From Felis catus (Eukaryota), in assembly GCF_018350175.1 (NCBI RefSeq), contig NC_058373.1, positions 113,400,001 to 113,464,000 of the forward strand: DNA of 64,000 nt, written 5' to 3'. The position numbers and the translations under genes are program-made. Below are positions 38,900 through 51,795 of the stretch, one piece after another. How positions within the stretch are numbered: the first letter of the stretch is position 1; each line of letters opens with the position of its first letter. The notes beneath the pieces are model-generated. The model was not told where the DNA came from. It did no database searches and saw nothing but the letters and a program-made list of their open reading frames with translations.

Positions 38900-40390
38900 T
38901 TTGCTCAAAAACTTAATTTAATTTTTAATAAGCCATAGGTTATAAGTTCACAAGGTACAAAAGGGTACATTTGGTGAAAAGCTTCTTCCTCCAGTCCCCC
39001 TGTCCTTTTAGAAGTGACTATCATTATCTATTATTTCTTGTTATCTTTTCTGAGATAGTCTATGCATATACAAACAAATATGCCCATATATTCCCTCCAT
39101 TTTTTTTTTAAACGTTTATTTTATTTTTGGGACAGAGAGAGACAGAGCATGAACGGGGGAGGGGCAGGGAGAGAGGGAGACACAGAATGGGAAACAGGCT
39201 CCAGGCTCTGAGCCATCAGCCCAGAGCCCGACGCGGGGCTCGAACTCACGGACCGCGAGATTGTGACCTGGCTGAAGTCGGGCGCTTACCGACTGCGCCA
39301 CCCAGGCGCCCCAATTCCCTCCATTTTTTAAGCAAATGGTGGGATATTATAAACATGGTCGTCCTCCCTGATTGTTTACCTAACTTGTCTCAAAGATTGT
39401 TCCATTATCCATATGTTTAAAAAGTGTTTATTCTTTTCTTATAGCTATAAAAAGCCATTGTATGGCTGTACTCTGGGACAGTTAGGTTTCCCAGCTCTTG
39501 CTATATATACGTATTGCTGCAATAACAGCCTTATAAATAAATGTATGTGAAATGTCCAGGTCAACAGGTGCATGCTTTCCTTTATTAGATGTTATCACAC
39601 TTCTCTCTGGAGGCTGTAACAATCAACTCTCCCACTAGCAGTCCATCATTATTTTTTCATGCTGTCATCAATGGGCCATGTTATAATTTTTTTGGTCTTT
39701 GCCAATCTGTTAAGTGAGAAGTAGCTCCAGTGTAATTTTAATTTGCATCTCTCTTGTTCTGAGTGAAGTTGGACAGCCACTTGTATTTCCTTTTCTTCAA
39801 ACTGTTATTTCAGTGGGGTTGTTTATTCTTTTTCTTAGTGATCTGTATGAGTTCTTTAAATACTAAATAAATTCAACTCTTGTCTGCAATATGTGTTGTG
39901 ATATTCCACCCCCTCCACCAGTTTCTCTTTTGTCTCGCCTAATATATGGTAGTTTTTGTCATGAAGATTTTTTTTTGTTTTCTTTTTTTAATATCTGGGT
40001 TTCCTGTCCTATTAGAAGGGTCTTACAACTCTAAAATTATTTTAAAATTTGTCCAATGGTTCTTATTAATACATTAATGGTTCCATGTTTTGTAGTTTCG
40101 TCTTTGGTCTATTTGAAATTTTGATGTAAAGAGTAAGGTAAGTATCAGGTTTACTTTTCCCCAGCTGGATACCTAGGTAGTGTAATACTTTATTACATAA
40201 TCTATCTCGCTCCTGCCCCACACACTGATTTGAAATAGTGCTTTTATCATATCTAAATTTCCACATGTATTTCGATCTGTTTTTTGGCTTTCCATTTTGT
40301 TCCGTTGAGTTGTCTGACCATTCACCCACTTGTACCACACTATTTAAATTATTATTGCTTTGTAACACAGTGTAACATTTGGTGGGACTA
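38900..40390 (-). mobile_element. Old LINE-1 fragment with a nested young SINE (39100-39312)
   Basis: T-rich antisense L1M motifs; SINE TSD attccctccatttttt. Confidence 0.65.
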
Positions 40391-41949
40391 ATCAATCACT
40401 GAAAGGTGGTTTTAGGATTATAATATTTAATGTGTGTGTGTTTAGCAAACTGTGTATTTCCATAATTCTATATAAATTGAATATCATCTCCACAAATGCA
40501 GAAGATCTTGGGTTTGATTCAGTAGCACTGGGGAACCAGAAAACATTAGTTCAAAGGTATCCAGATTTGAGATCATTAGATGTACTTTCCCTTGTGTAGT
40601 ATGGCATTGGGTCTGTTTCTCTGGCTGATCCTGGCCCTGATTTCATAGGGAAGGAAGGACTGTAAGCATAAAACACCAACAGATCTTGTTTTCACATAAA
40701 CTCTGTGAGGTGTTGCAGACCCAGTGTCCCTGGGTGTGTCAGAAAAAGACTGCCCAATCAGTTGGACCTGCTGGCTCAGTGGGCATCAACTTCTATGAGA
40801 GGGGCCCTGGAGAGTGCCAGTGGGAAGATCTCCTCAGGGGCTTCTTGGACTTTGAGGGCTCTGCAGCTGACGTGGATGCAGTGAACTGGAGCCAGAGCAG
40901 GAGACGTGGAAGGAAAGGAGAGAGGCAACATGGGAGTCAAGAGAGATCCCTCCTTGGAATGATCTGTTCTGTTCATCAGGCCCATGAGATTCCCAAGGAG
41001 CAGGAACTGTGTCTTCAGGATACTGGGCACAATGCCTGACACCAAGAGGTGCTTAGTAAGTATATGTTAAATAAATGAATGAGGGAGTGAACACCTGCCT
41101 GCCACAGGATTCTTCTTCATCACGTGCATCCTCCTGGAGCCTCCTCTGGCTTCAAAGGAAGGAGCAGAACCAGGATATAACTCTTGGGTATCGTTCTGAC
41201 TCCTTGCCTGTTGTACCATCCAGGAGAGGGATATTGAGTGAGCAAGGGCTGTGAACCCTCCTCCCACCCTCTCACACATTTCCAGAGAGCTCTGAGAATA
41301 TCTGCTAGCTTTTTGTCTTGTGTTTTCCCTCATCTTTAATAGCATCCAACTGAAATGTTACTCCCATTCACAACCTCTCCCTTTTTGCCCTTCACCCCAT
41401 GAGTAAAGCAAGTGGGATAGCAAAGGAGCCAGGAATCAATACAGTTAATCAAAACAGCCAACTCTTTTACAGTGTTTCCTATATGCAAGTTTCTGTCTCA
41501 AAATTTCTATCTCTTTAATTAATACTTAAAACAAGTAGGTATATCTTTTTTTTTTTTTTCACCATGCCCATTGCACAGTGAGGAAACTGAATAACTTACC
41601 CAGGGCCATGGAGCTTGTAAGTAGATCAGCTGGGATCTGAACCAGGAAGTCCACTCTAGAGCCCATGCACTGAAACTCTTTCCTTGGCATGTACACGTAT
41701 GTGTTAACTTTATTGATACATAACATAAAACACAGAAAAGCGCACAAATCAAGCATTTGACTCAATGAATTTTCACAAAATGAGCACACTTCTGTAACCA
41801 GTACCCACCTCAAAAAACAGAACACTTATCCCCACAGAGGTTCCCAACATGCCCCCTCCCAGTCTCTATCCCTTTCCCACCAAAGGAGACTACTCTCCTG
41901 ACTTCTTTCACTATTCTTCTGGGGGGGGGGGGGTTACCTTCTCTTTCTA

Positions 41950-42155
41950 TTTTTAAAAAATGTTTATTTATTTATTTTGAAAGAGAGAGAGTGAGTGGAG
42001 AAGGGGCAGAGAAGGGGAGAAAGAGAATCCCAAGCAGGCTCTGCACTGTCAGCTCAGAGCCCAATGTAGAGCATGACCCCATGACCCTGGGATCATGACC
42101 TGAGTTGAAATCAAGAGTTGGACGCTCATCTGACTCAGTCACCCAGGCGCCCCCC
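41950..42155 (-). mobile_element. CAN-SINE
   Basis: Reverse head at about 42155; TSD-like cttct(c/t)tttctattttt. Confidence 0.85.
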
Positions 42156-42385
42156 TTCTTTTCTATTTTAATCACACTTGTATTCCAAGTGTCATGGGTC
42201 TGTTGCTAAAGTTAAAAATATTCTGTCTTGCAGGAGTAGAGGTAGGCGTGGTTGGGAGAACACATTCCCTAAATAAGAGAAATAACCGAGGGTGGGGAGT
42301 TAGCCGGTAGTTGCTCTAGTTTTCCCCCATTCCCTTTGCCAGTAAGTTTGAAGTACTGCTCTTTCCTCCATCTTCTTCCCCGAGA

Positions 42386-42475
42386 ACTACATCTCCCAGC
42401 AGGCTGTGCTCTGACAGCTCGGATTTAAATAGGATTCTGGGCTAAGCTCAGATAGAGCCTTGCTGCTGCTGAGTG
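42386..42475 (+). promoter_or_regulatory. RDH12 proximal promoter elements (SBS motif, TATA-like TTTAAA, CRX/NRL-like sites)
   Basis: ACTACATCTCCCAGCAGG at 42386; GGATTTAAAT at 42421; CTAAGCT at 42442; TGCTGAG at 42467. Confidence 0.5.
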
Positions 42476-42610
42476 CCCAGGAGTGAGAGGAACTAGAGGA
42501 GGAGAGGCAGCGTGAAGCAGACAGGAGTTGGAGTTAGACCAGGAGCTTGAGCCAGACCTGGAGTCTAAGGTGCTTTTGCTAAAGCGGCAGCAACTAAAGA
42601 AGTTGAAAAG

Positions 42611-42678
42611 ATGCTGGTTGTCTTGGGACTGCTCACCTCCTTCCTTTCTTTCCTGTATGTGATAGCTCCATCCATCAG
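42611..42678 (+). CDS. RDH12: Retinol dehydrogenase 12, first coding exon (68 bp)
   Basis: MLVVLGLLTSFLSFLYVIAPSIR matches the RDH12 N-terminus; donor AG|gtttgt. Confidence 0.93.
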
Positions 42679-43215
42679 GTTTGTTTTAATTCAGTAACTC
42701 ATGGAATATTTTGCAAAGTCCTGGATTGGGAGCCACAGAGCTTGTAAGTAGATGAGTTCTCAGCTGCTGAAAGAAGAGAAAGGGATGGAGGCTGAGGGAA
42801 AGAAAGTCAGGGCAGAGAAAGCAGGAAGGAGGTAGTTATGAAACTGAGAAGGAAGCACCTGGGGCTGGGAGAGAAGGGGCTGGTTTAAATTCTGATGCTA
42901 GTGGATAGCTGACTCTATGACAGACAATCAAGGTAGGAGTGCTTGCTCTATCACTTTATTCCCTTGGGTTTCTCTGAAGGTCCCTATGTCCTTTCTTCAC
43001 TGCTCCTACTCAAGGTTGCCCTGCTGGGTTACCATGGGAAGTCATTGCTGAAAGATTCATTGTTAAGTACCAGAAATTTTTCAAAGGAAACAAACTCTCT
43101 TACCTTTGAGACTACCCTCGACTAATGATTTGGGATGGCTTTTCTGCTGTGGGATTTCTGGAGGTGTCAAAGAAATGTGTGTTCTGAGTGAAAATTTTAA
43201 AAATTGCTGACAATA

Positions 43216-43334
43216 GGGGCACCTGGGTGGCTCAGCTGGTTAAACATCTGACTTCGGCTCAGCTCATGATCCACGGTTCAAGCCCTTTGTCGGGCTCTGT
43301 GTTGACAGCTCAGAGCCTGGAGCCTGCTTCAGAT

Positions 43335-43374
<40 letters not shown>

Positions 43375-43433
43375 CCTCCCCCACTTGTGCTCTGTCTGTC
43401 TCTCTCTCAAAGATAAATAAACATTAAAAAAAA
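43216..43433 (+). mobile_element. CAN-SINE
   Basis: TSD-like aaaa(t)tgc(t/c)gacaata. Confidence 0.85.
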
Positions 43434-44339
43434 TGCCGACAATAAAGAAGATAAATGAACACATCAGAAACAGAGTGTTGCTCTAGGTCCTGGCATAGAA
43501 ACCAGGTTTAAGTTCTAATTTTGCCACCATTAGCAAATGATTTGAACTTCTTTGACCCCCGTCTTCTCCTCTGTAAAAGGGGAATACTAACAGAATGAGA
43601 GGATTAAAATAAGTTCTCTATGGAAAGTGCCTAGCCTAGTGCCTAGTGCCAGTCAGATGATGCTTAGGAAATGTTAGTTCTCCCCTGTTCCCACTCTCTT
43701 TTTCAGAACTTGTCAAGTCAACTTTATGTGAAAGGATGCTCTCTGTACAGATGTCTGAACAAAAGAGGTTTCTGTCTGTGTGCTGATGGCTAGAATGGAA
43801 TTTCTAGTAGGATGGCAGAAAGCCTCTGAAGATGTCAGCTCTCTAAAACTGGAAAGCAGCCCAAGAGCCATATATGTATATGGGAACTCTTGAAGTGCTG
43901 TTAATCAATTACTCACTGTTGATGCTTATTGAAGACCTAGGGCTCAGGACCATTGATTCTACTAATGCTCATCATGCATATGTTTTGAATGCAGGTTAGA
44001 GGAGGAAGCTGACCTCTGGGAACCTCTAGAGATAAAAGCTAGGTATCTGTGTTATCTAACAAGGAAGGTCTCCATTGGCCCTGGCTCAAGAGCACTTATT
44101 CACTTCGTCCACATGATCATTTGTAGTTTCTGGGCACATGATCTTACAACCTGAGCCAATGAGCAGGATACCTAATGGGAAAAGAGTGTCCCCTGAAGAT
44201 TCACTTTTTTGGGTCTCCTGACGACAACTTAAAGAAATTTCTCTTTGAGGATGGATGGATTTTATGTTGATCTCAGTCTGGAATTGGGAAGGATAATGCA
44301 TGAATGCTTTTGGTTTCCTTTTGTTTCCCTTGCCTATAG

Positions 44340-44458
44340 GAAGTTCTTTGCTGGTGGGGTTTGTAGATCAAACGTGCAACTTCCTGGGAAGGTAGTGGTG
44401 ATCACTGGCGCCAACACAGGCATTGGCAAGGAGACGGCCAGAGAACTCGCTCGCAGAG
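44340..44458 (+). CDS. RDH12: RDH12 coding exon 2 (119 bp; GC donor)
   Basis: ctatag|[41 protein letters not shown]|gcaagt. Confidence 0.95.
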
Positions 44459-44915
44459 GCAAGTCCTTCCCCTTCTGTGTTCATAGGACAGTGCCTCCTG
44501 CCTTTATCACTGGGGATTCTGTCCACTTTTCCTTGTCTTTCCTCCTGGGCTTGGAGGTTCTGGTCAGAAATCCAAGGAACCTGGGATTCAAGTCCAGCTC
44601 TGGCACCAACTTACTCTGTACCCTTAAACAAACCTTCTTCCCTTCTCCTTCCCTATTGTATAAGGGAAATAATGATGTCCATGTAAATATTGCTCAAATC
44701 AGCTAATCTAAAGGTAGATACCAAGCCACATTAAATACCAGAGTGTAAAAGCCAGGGTTCCCAGCCTAGGGTTAAGCTGACGGCAAAGGGTCTGAGTAGT
44801 TCACTTGTGAGAACGCTGAGATGGCAATATAGCCACTCACTGTTTAGGGATGGCTAGGAGAATGTTCTGTCCATCGGTCTCAAGCTCACGTCCTCTTTTT
44901 CAGCCTAGGGTTTGA

Positions 44916-45407
<492 letters not shown>

Positions 45408-45763
45408 TAAATGAAGTTGTACTGCTGCCAACATTTTTCTGTCTCTTGGAAAATGACTAGCTTTTACCAAGGACTATGAAATCCATGCAAGACAGGGACT
45501 ATGTCTGTCTTGTTTTATGACTGGGTGTCCAGCGCATAGCTGAGTGAACCTGGCCCAGCATTAGTACTTAGTACACATTTGCTAAATGAATGAATGAATG
45601 AATGTCCAGGCAGATATCAATAACTAAATTTAGAAATCCAATGACCGTGGTTATTGAATATCACTGAGATAGGTTGAAGGGAAAGAAGCAAATACTCAGG
45701 ATTACAACAGGCAGCTAGTGGGCTCCTTGCTAACTTCAGGGTCTCCTTGGTTATACTTTATAG

Positions 45764-45868
45764 AGGAAAAGCAGCTCCATATTCTGATCAACAATGCAGG
45801 GGTGATGATGTGTCCATATTCTAAGACAGCTGATGGCTTTGAAACCCACCTGGGAGTCAACCACCTAG
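45764..45868 (+). CDS. RDH12: RDH12 coding exon 4 (105 bp)
   Basis: [34 protein letters not shown]; tatag|...|gtaagt. Confidence 0.97.
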
Positions 45869-46677
45869 GTAAGTATTTTTGAGTGACTGGAAAGCAAGAA
45901 AACCCCATCTTGTTTTCTGTAGGGAGATGACCCTATACCAGTACTGAGAATCTCTAGTGAGCTTCATAGAGTTGGGGGTTTTGTTTACTATCCTTCTCCT
46001 GACCAGTACAAAAAGTGAGATCCTCCTACTCATACCATTAAGAAGCCCCAAAACTTGGAGACACCAGGAAGAAGAATGTCATTCTTGGATGGGGCCGTGG
46101 TAGTGCAAGCCTTCCCATGCAGGACCAGGCATGCAGGGTGCAGGAATCTGTGTTTGGCTGGAGGGGGTCACATTTATAACTAAGGACCAAGCAAGTCAAG
46201 GGCTAGGCTACAGAGGAGACAGATCTTGAGGGTCTGAGGTATGAATAAGGCTGGGGTTCAGGGTTCATGGCTCTAGTGAGCAGTTCATGGAACATGTTCT
46301 CTGGTCCTAGGCAAACTACTTTAACCTTACTATTCCATCCTTCCTTCTGTACATAAATGTATTTGGGCCCTCAGTTGTGTGATCATGGCAAGAGGGTGGT
46401 TGGAAGCCATCAGGAGGCATTTCTCCTGACTGGGACAGGGCAGAGGGACAAATAAATACAGATCAAGTCTATATTGCCTTGCCTATAGTCTAGCTCTGGC
46501 CCTTGCCTTGAGGAATCCACTCACTCTGACTGATCATTTGCACTGAGTTATCACAGCATATAATTTGTTCACGCCCAGAAGATAGGGAGTTAATGCTGAA
46601 GTCCTATCATCAGCTCCCACCCCTAAGCCTGAGCTGTCACCCCACTCTTCAATCTCCCCTGCTGGCTCTCCTCACAG

Positions 46678-46887
46678 GCCACTTTCTTCTTACCCACTTG
46701 CTCCTGGAGCGGCTGAAAGAGTCCACTCCTTCACGGGTGGTGAACCTGTCATCGGTAGTCCACCATGCTGGCAAGATTCGCTTCCATGACCTCCAGGGTG
46801 AGAAGCGCTATAGCCGAGGTTTCGCTTATTGCCACAGCAAGCTGGCTAATGTGCTTTTTACTCGTGAGCTGGCCAGGAGGCTCCAAG
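46678..46887 (+). CDS. RDH12: RDH12 coding exon 5 (210 bp, YCHSK catalytic motif)
   Basis: [25 protein letters not shown]...[21 protein letters not shown]; cacag|...|gtaagt. Confidence 0.97.
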
Positions 46888-48474
46888 GTAAGTCTGGAGA
46901 AAGGGCCAGGGTGAAGATAGCAAACGGTCTTCCGTTTAGATTAGAGGTTCTGTTTAGATTAGAGGTTCACAGAAACTTGTGAAGTCAAGATATCAAACAT
47001 GCACATTTCAATGATAGCTTTACACACTAAGGAGAACAAGGTCATAAACAGACTAAAAGTAATTCTTGTTCCTGGGAAACTTAAAATTGAACAGGGGTTA
47101 GGAATTTATAAAGTTACCTTTCATTTATGTCACATCTTTTCTCCTATTTACCATCTTATTTGACTTTTCACAGCAACCTCTTGTAATAGGCAGGGCAGGT
47201 ACTCTTATTACTATTTTATGGATCCAAGCTGAGGTTTCAAGAAGTGGCTAGCCCACGGTTACATGGCAAGTGGAGGAGTCAGGACTGGAATATGGGTACT
47301 CTGCTTTAAATCCAGGGTGCTTCCTTCTGTGTGTGCTATTTGCCTTGAGGTTCACATGGTGAGCTAAGCTACAGGGCTGCCTCTACCTAGAGTCAGAGAG
47401 ACCAAATTGGATTTTGGCCCCCTGGGTCTGAGCTCTTGGTGTACCACATATGATCCACCTGTGTATATGTGCATGTCCCTTTAATTTCCCCTGACTTCAT
47501 TCCCTCAGCTGTAAAATGAGGCGAGGCTTCACTTAATCCTATGATTCTGTGCTCCCCTGAAGTTTTTGCTGAGCTGCTGGCTTTGACATCTGCAAACCTG
47601 GGGGACCATTTGCCACAGGGAATAAGCCAGAGTTTGGGAACAATGGTATTTACTATCAGAATACAGAAGGTAGAAGAATAGGGTAATTATTAGAAGAAAT
47701 AATAATAATGACAATAATAATTGAGAGTTTTGTGTGTGCCATATATTATACATGTCTAAACTCATTTAATACAACATACCTATGAAGTAGGTGCTATTAT
47801 TTTTCCCCACTCCACAAATGAAGAGATAGATATATCTCACTACAGATATATTAAGAAACTTGACCAAGAAAGTTTCCTAGTTGAGCCAGGATTCAAATGC
47901 AGATAGTCTAGCTCTAGAGTCTATGCTCTTTATTCTTCCTCAGAGTTCAGACCTTGGCCCTGCAGCCTATTAGGTATGACCGTGGGCAATTTACTCAACT
48001 TCTTTGTGACAAGAGTTCAGTTATGTCAACTGTAAATGGGCATCTTACAAGACTCATGGAGAATTACATGAAATGATACATGTAAAGCAGGCAGCATAGC
48101 CTTTGCACATAATAAGTACTAAAGATAGTAGAGGTACCAGTGGTGTCTTGGGACCATGTTAACCTCCATTATCTCTATCAATACCCCTCAAAGTACCCCC
48201 CCCCCCATAAAATGTGCTTGCTCAACAATTACAGCTCAAAACAAGTTTCCAGCCTCCTACCTCCCAACAAGTCACTTCCCCTAAGCTCCTTCTATAGAAA
48301 TTTCAAAGATACTACTATCCATAATTGATACTACTACTCCTACTACTCTTCCTACTACTACATGTGGTTGTTTCTACTATTAATACTTAAGCCACAGAGT
48401 AAAAGTGGCATTCAAATGGAAGGATCTGCAATCAAGAACTCCTTGTGGAACATAGAAGGCTGAGAAGGCTATAG

Positions 48475-48948
<474 letters not shown>

Positions 48949-49549
48949 TAGGTTGGGCCTGCACACCAAATGCTGTTACTTTTCCAAAGGAGCTTACATT
49001 AGAAACTTGAAAAGAGCTGCTTTTATGGCTCTGTTTTATAACTGTGTGCCACATTTTCAGTAAGTTTTGTGGCTTTCTGAGGGCCGTCAGACTGTCCCTG
49101 TTGGTTATGCTTTGGAAAGAACATCCAGAGGGCTTCCTCTGGATCCTTTTTCTCCTCCTTGAAGCTTTTGGCTGACTTCTTTAATAAATTCTTTAATACA
49201 GCTTAGCACAAAGCGCTGGGGCAAGGTCACCTCTCCCCATTGTCCCCCAATGCTGCCAAGAGTGGTACTATCTGTTGGAATAACAGAAATAGACATTTCA
49301 CTGTTGAGTCTTGCCACAAACTCAATGGGAATTCAGATGTTGGGAATAAAAGGAAGGGCAAGATTCAGTCTCCTTCCCATTCCATGGCTTGAACCATCCC
49401 AGTCTGCTATTCTTTCCTGTTTGCTGAAAGCTGCTGATTGGTATACCATTTATTAAATGAAGCATTGGCAATGACCTCAGTGGCCAACAGTAGAAGAATG
49501 GATAAATAATAGCTAATGTTGCTTAAGCTCTTGAAAGTGTTTGGTACTC

Positions 49550-49844
49550 TTTTTTTTTGTTTATTTGAGAGAGAGAGAGTGTGCACACGAGTGGGGGAGA
49601 GGGTCACAGGGAGAGAGAGAGAAAGAGAACCTTTTTTTTTTTTTTTAAGTTTGTTTGTTTATTTATTTATTTAGAGAGCATAAGCAGGGGAAGGGGTAGA
49701 GAAAGAGGGAGAGAGAGAATCCCAAGCAGGCTCTGCACTGTCAGCGCAGAGCCTGACACAGGGCTTGAACCCAAAGTCTTGGAACATAACCTGAGCCAAA
49801 ATCAAGAGTTGAATGGTCAACTGTCTGAGCCACCCAGGCACCCC
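49550..49844 (-). mobile_element. CAN-SINE plus an additional partial SINE 3' end
   Basis: Two T-rich tails (49550, 49632) and one reverse head. Confidence 0.8.
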
Positions 49845-49944
49845 CAAAACAAAATACTATTTAAAGAAAAACACCATGAACACTGTGTTCTGCCCCCACC
49901 TCCCAATCTGTCTAGCTTCCAGTCCCCTGCTCCCTCCAAAAGAG

Positions 49945-51067
<1,123 letters not shown>

Positions 51068-51789
51068 TGCTGATGGAAGAGCCACAGCTTTATCAGGCCT
51101 AGTCCACATCATACTGAAACGGGACCAAGGAAAAGGCCAGTTCTGAAGGGTTGTCCTCCTGGTTGGCTGCTGTTGAGGATCCTGTCCTGCTCCGATTCTC
51201 CTGTCTCTTCTGGAAAACTTTGCACACCCAACTCTCTTGTGAGGCTGTTCCATGGCACAAGATGTTTACACCTATAGAGAATTCTTCTCCAAGGCTTGCA
51301 GAGTCAGCTGCCCTCTCCAGGCAGGAGGGCTGCACAGATGCCAGGCTGGGCACAAGGATGGCAGAAGAGCCTGGAAAATTAGGTCAGTTTCCTCACCAAT
51401 ACCAGAAATGCCAGCAAGCATGCTCAGCTGAGGTGACAGGAGCGTCAGCGTTACACACTGTATTTCCAGGGACTATAGACCCAAACTCCGGACTGATCTC
51501 TCTTGAGATACTAGTCACAACTCTGGAGTCTGGACCAACTCAGGAAAATCATGGCTAATCCTTGGCCAACTTTAGTTTCTTTCTCTGATCATCCTGGAGC
51601 CACTGCATGAAGCTGGACCCTCCCATTTTCTTTTTCTGGTTCTTTTTAAGAAGTTAAAAAAAATTTTTTTTGCTAGCTTTATTAAGATATAATTAATGTA
51701 TAATACTGAGTAAGTTTGGGCTTTCTCATTTTTTGAACGTGTAGATAGTTTTCTTCTACAAAGTTGCCTTTACCTAAATTTGTAGAGAA

Positions 51790-51795
51790 AATAAA
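51790..51795 (+). terminator. RDH12: Probable RDH12 polyadenylation signal
   Basis: First AATAAA after the stop (about 720 nt downstream), followed by U-rich sequence. Confidence 0.6.

Noticed and set aside
40686..41039. 117-aa ORF in unique sequence between RDH11 and RDH12, and possible upstream non-coding RDH12 exons
   Set aside because: No homology recognised; upstream UTR exons cannot be delimited without transcript data.
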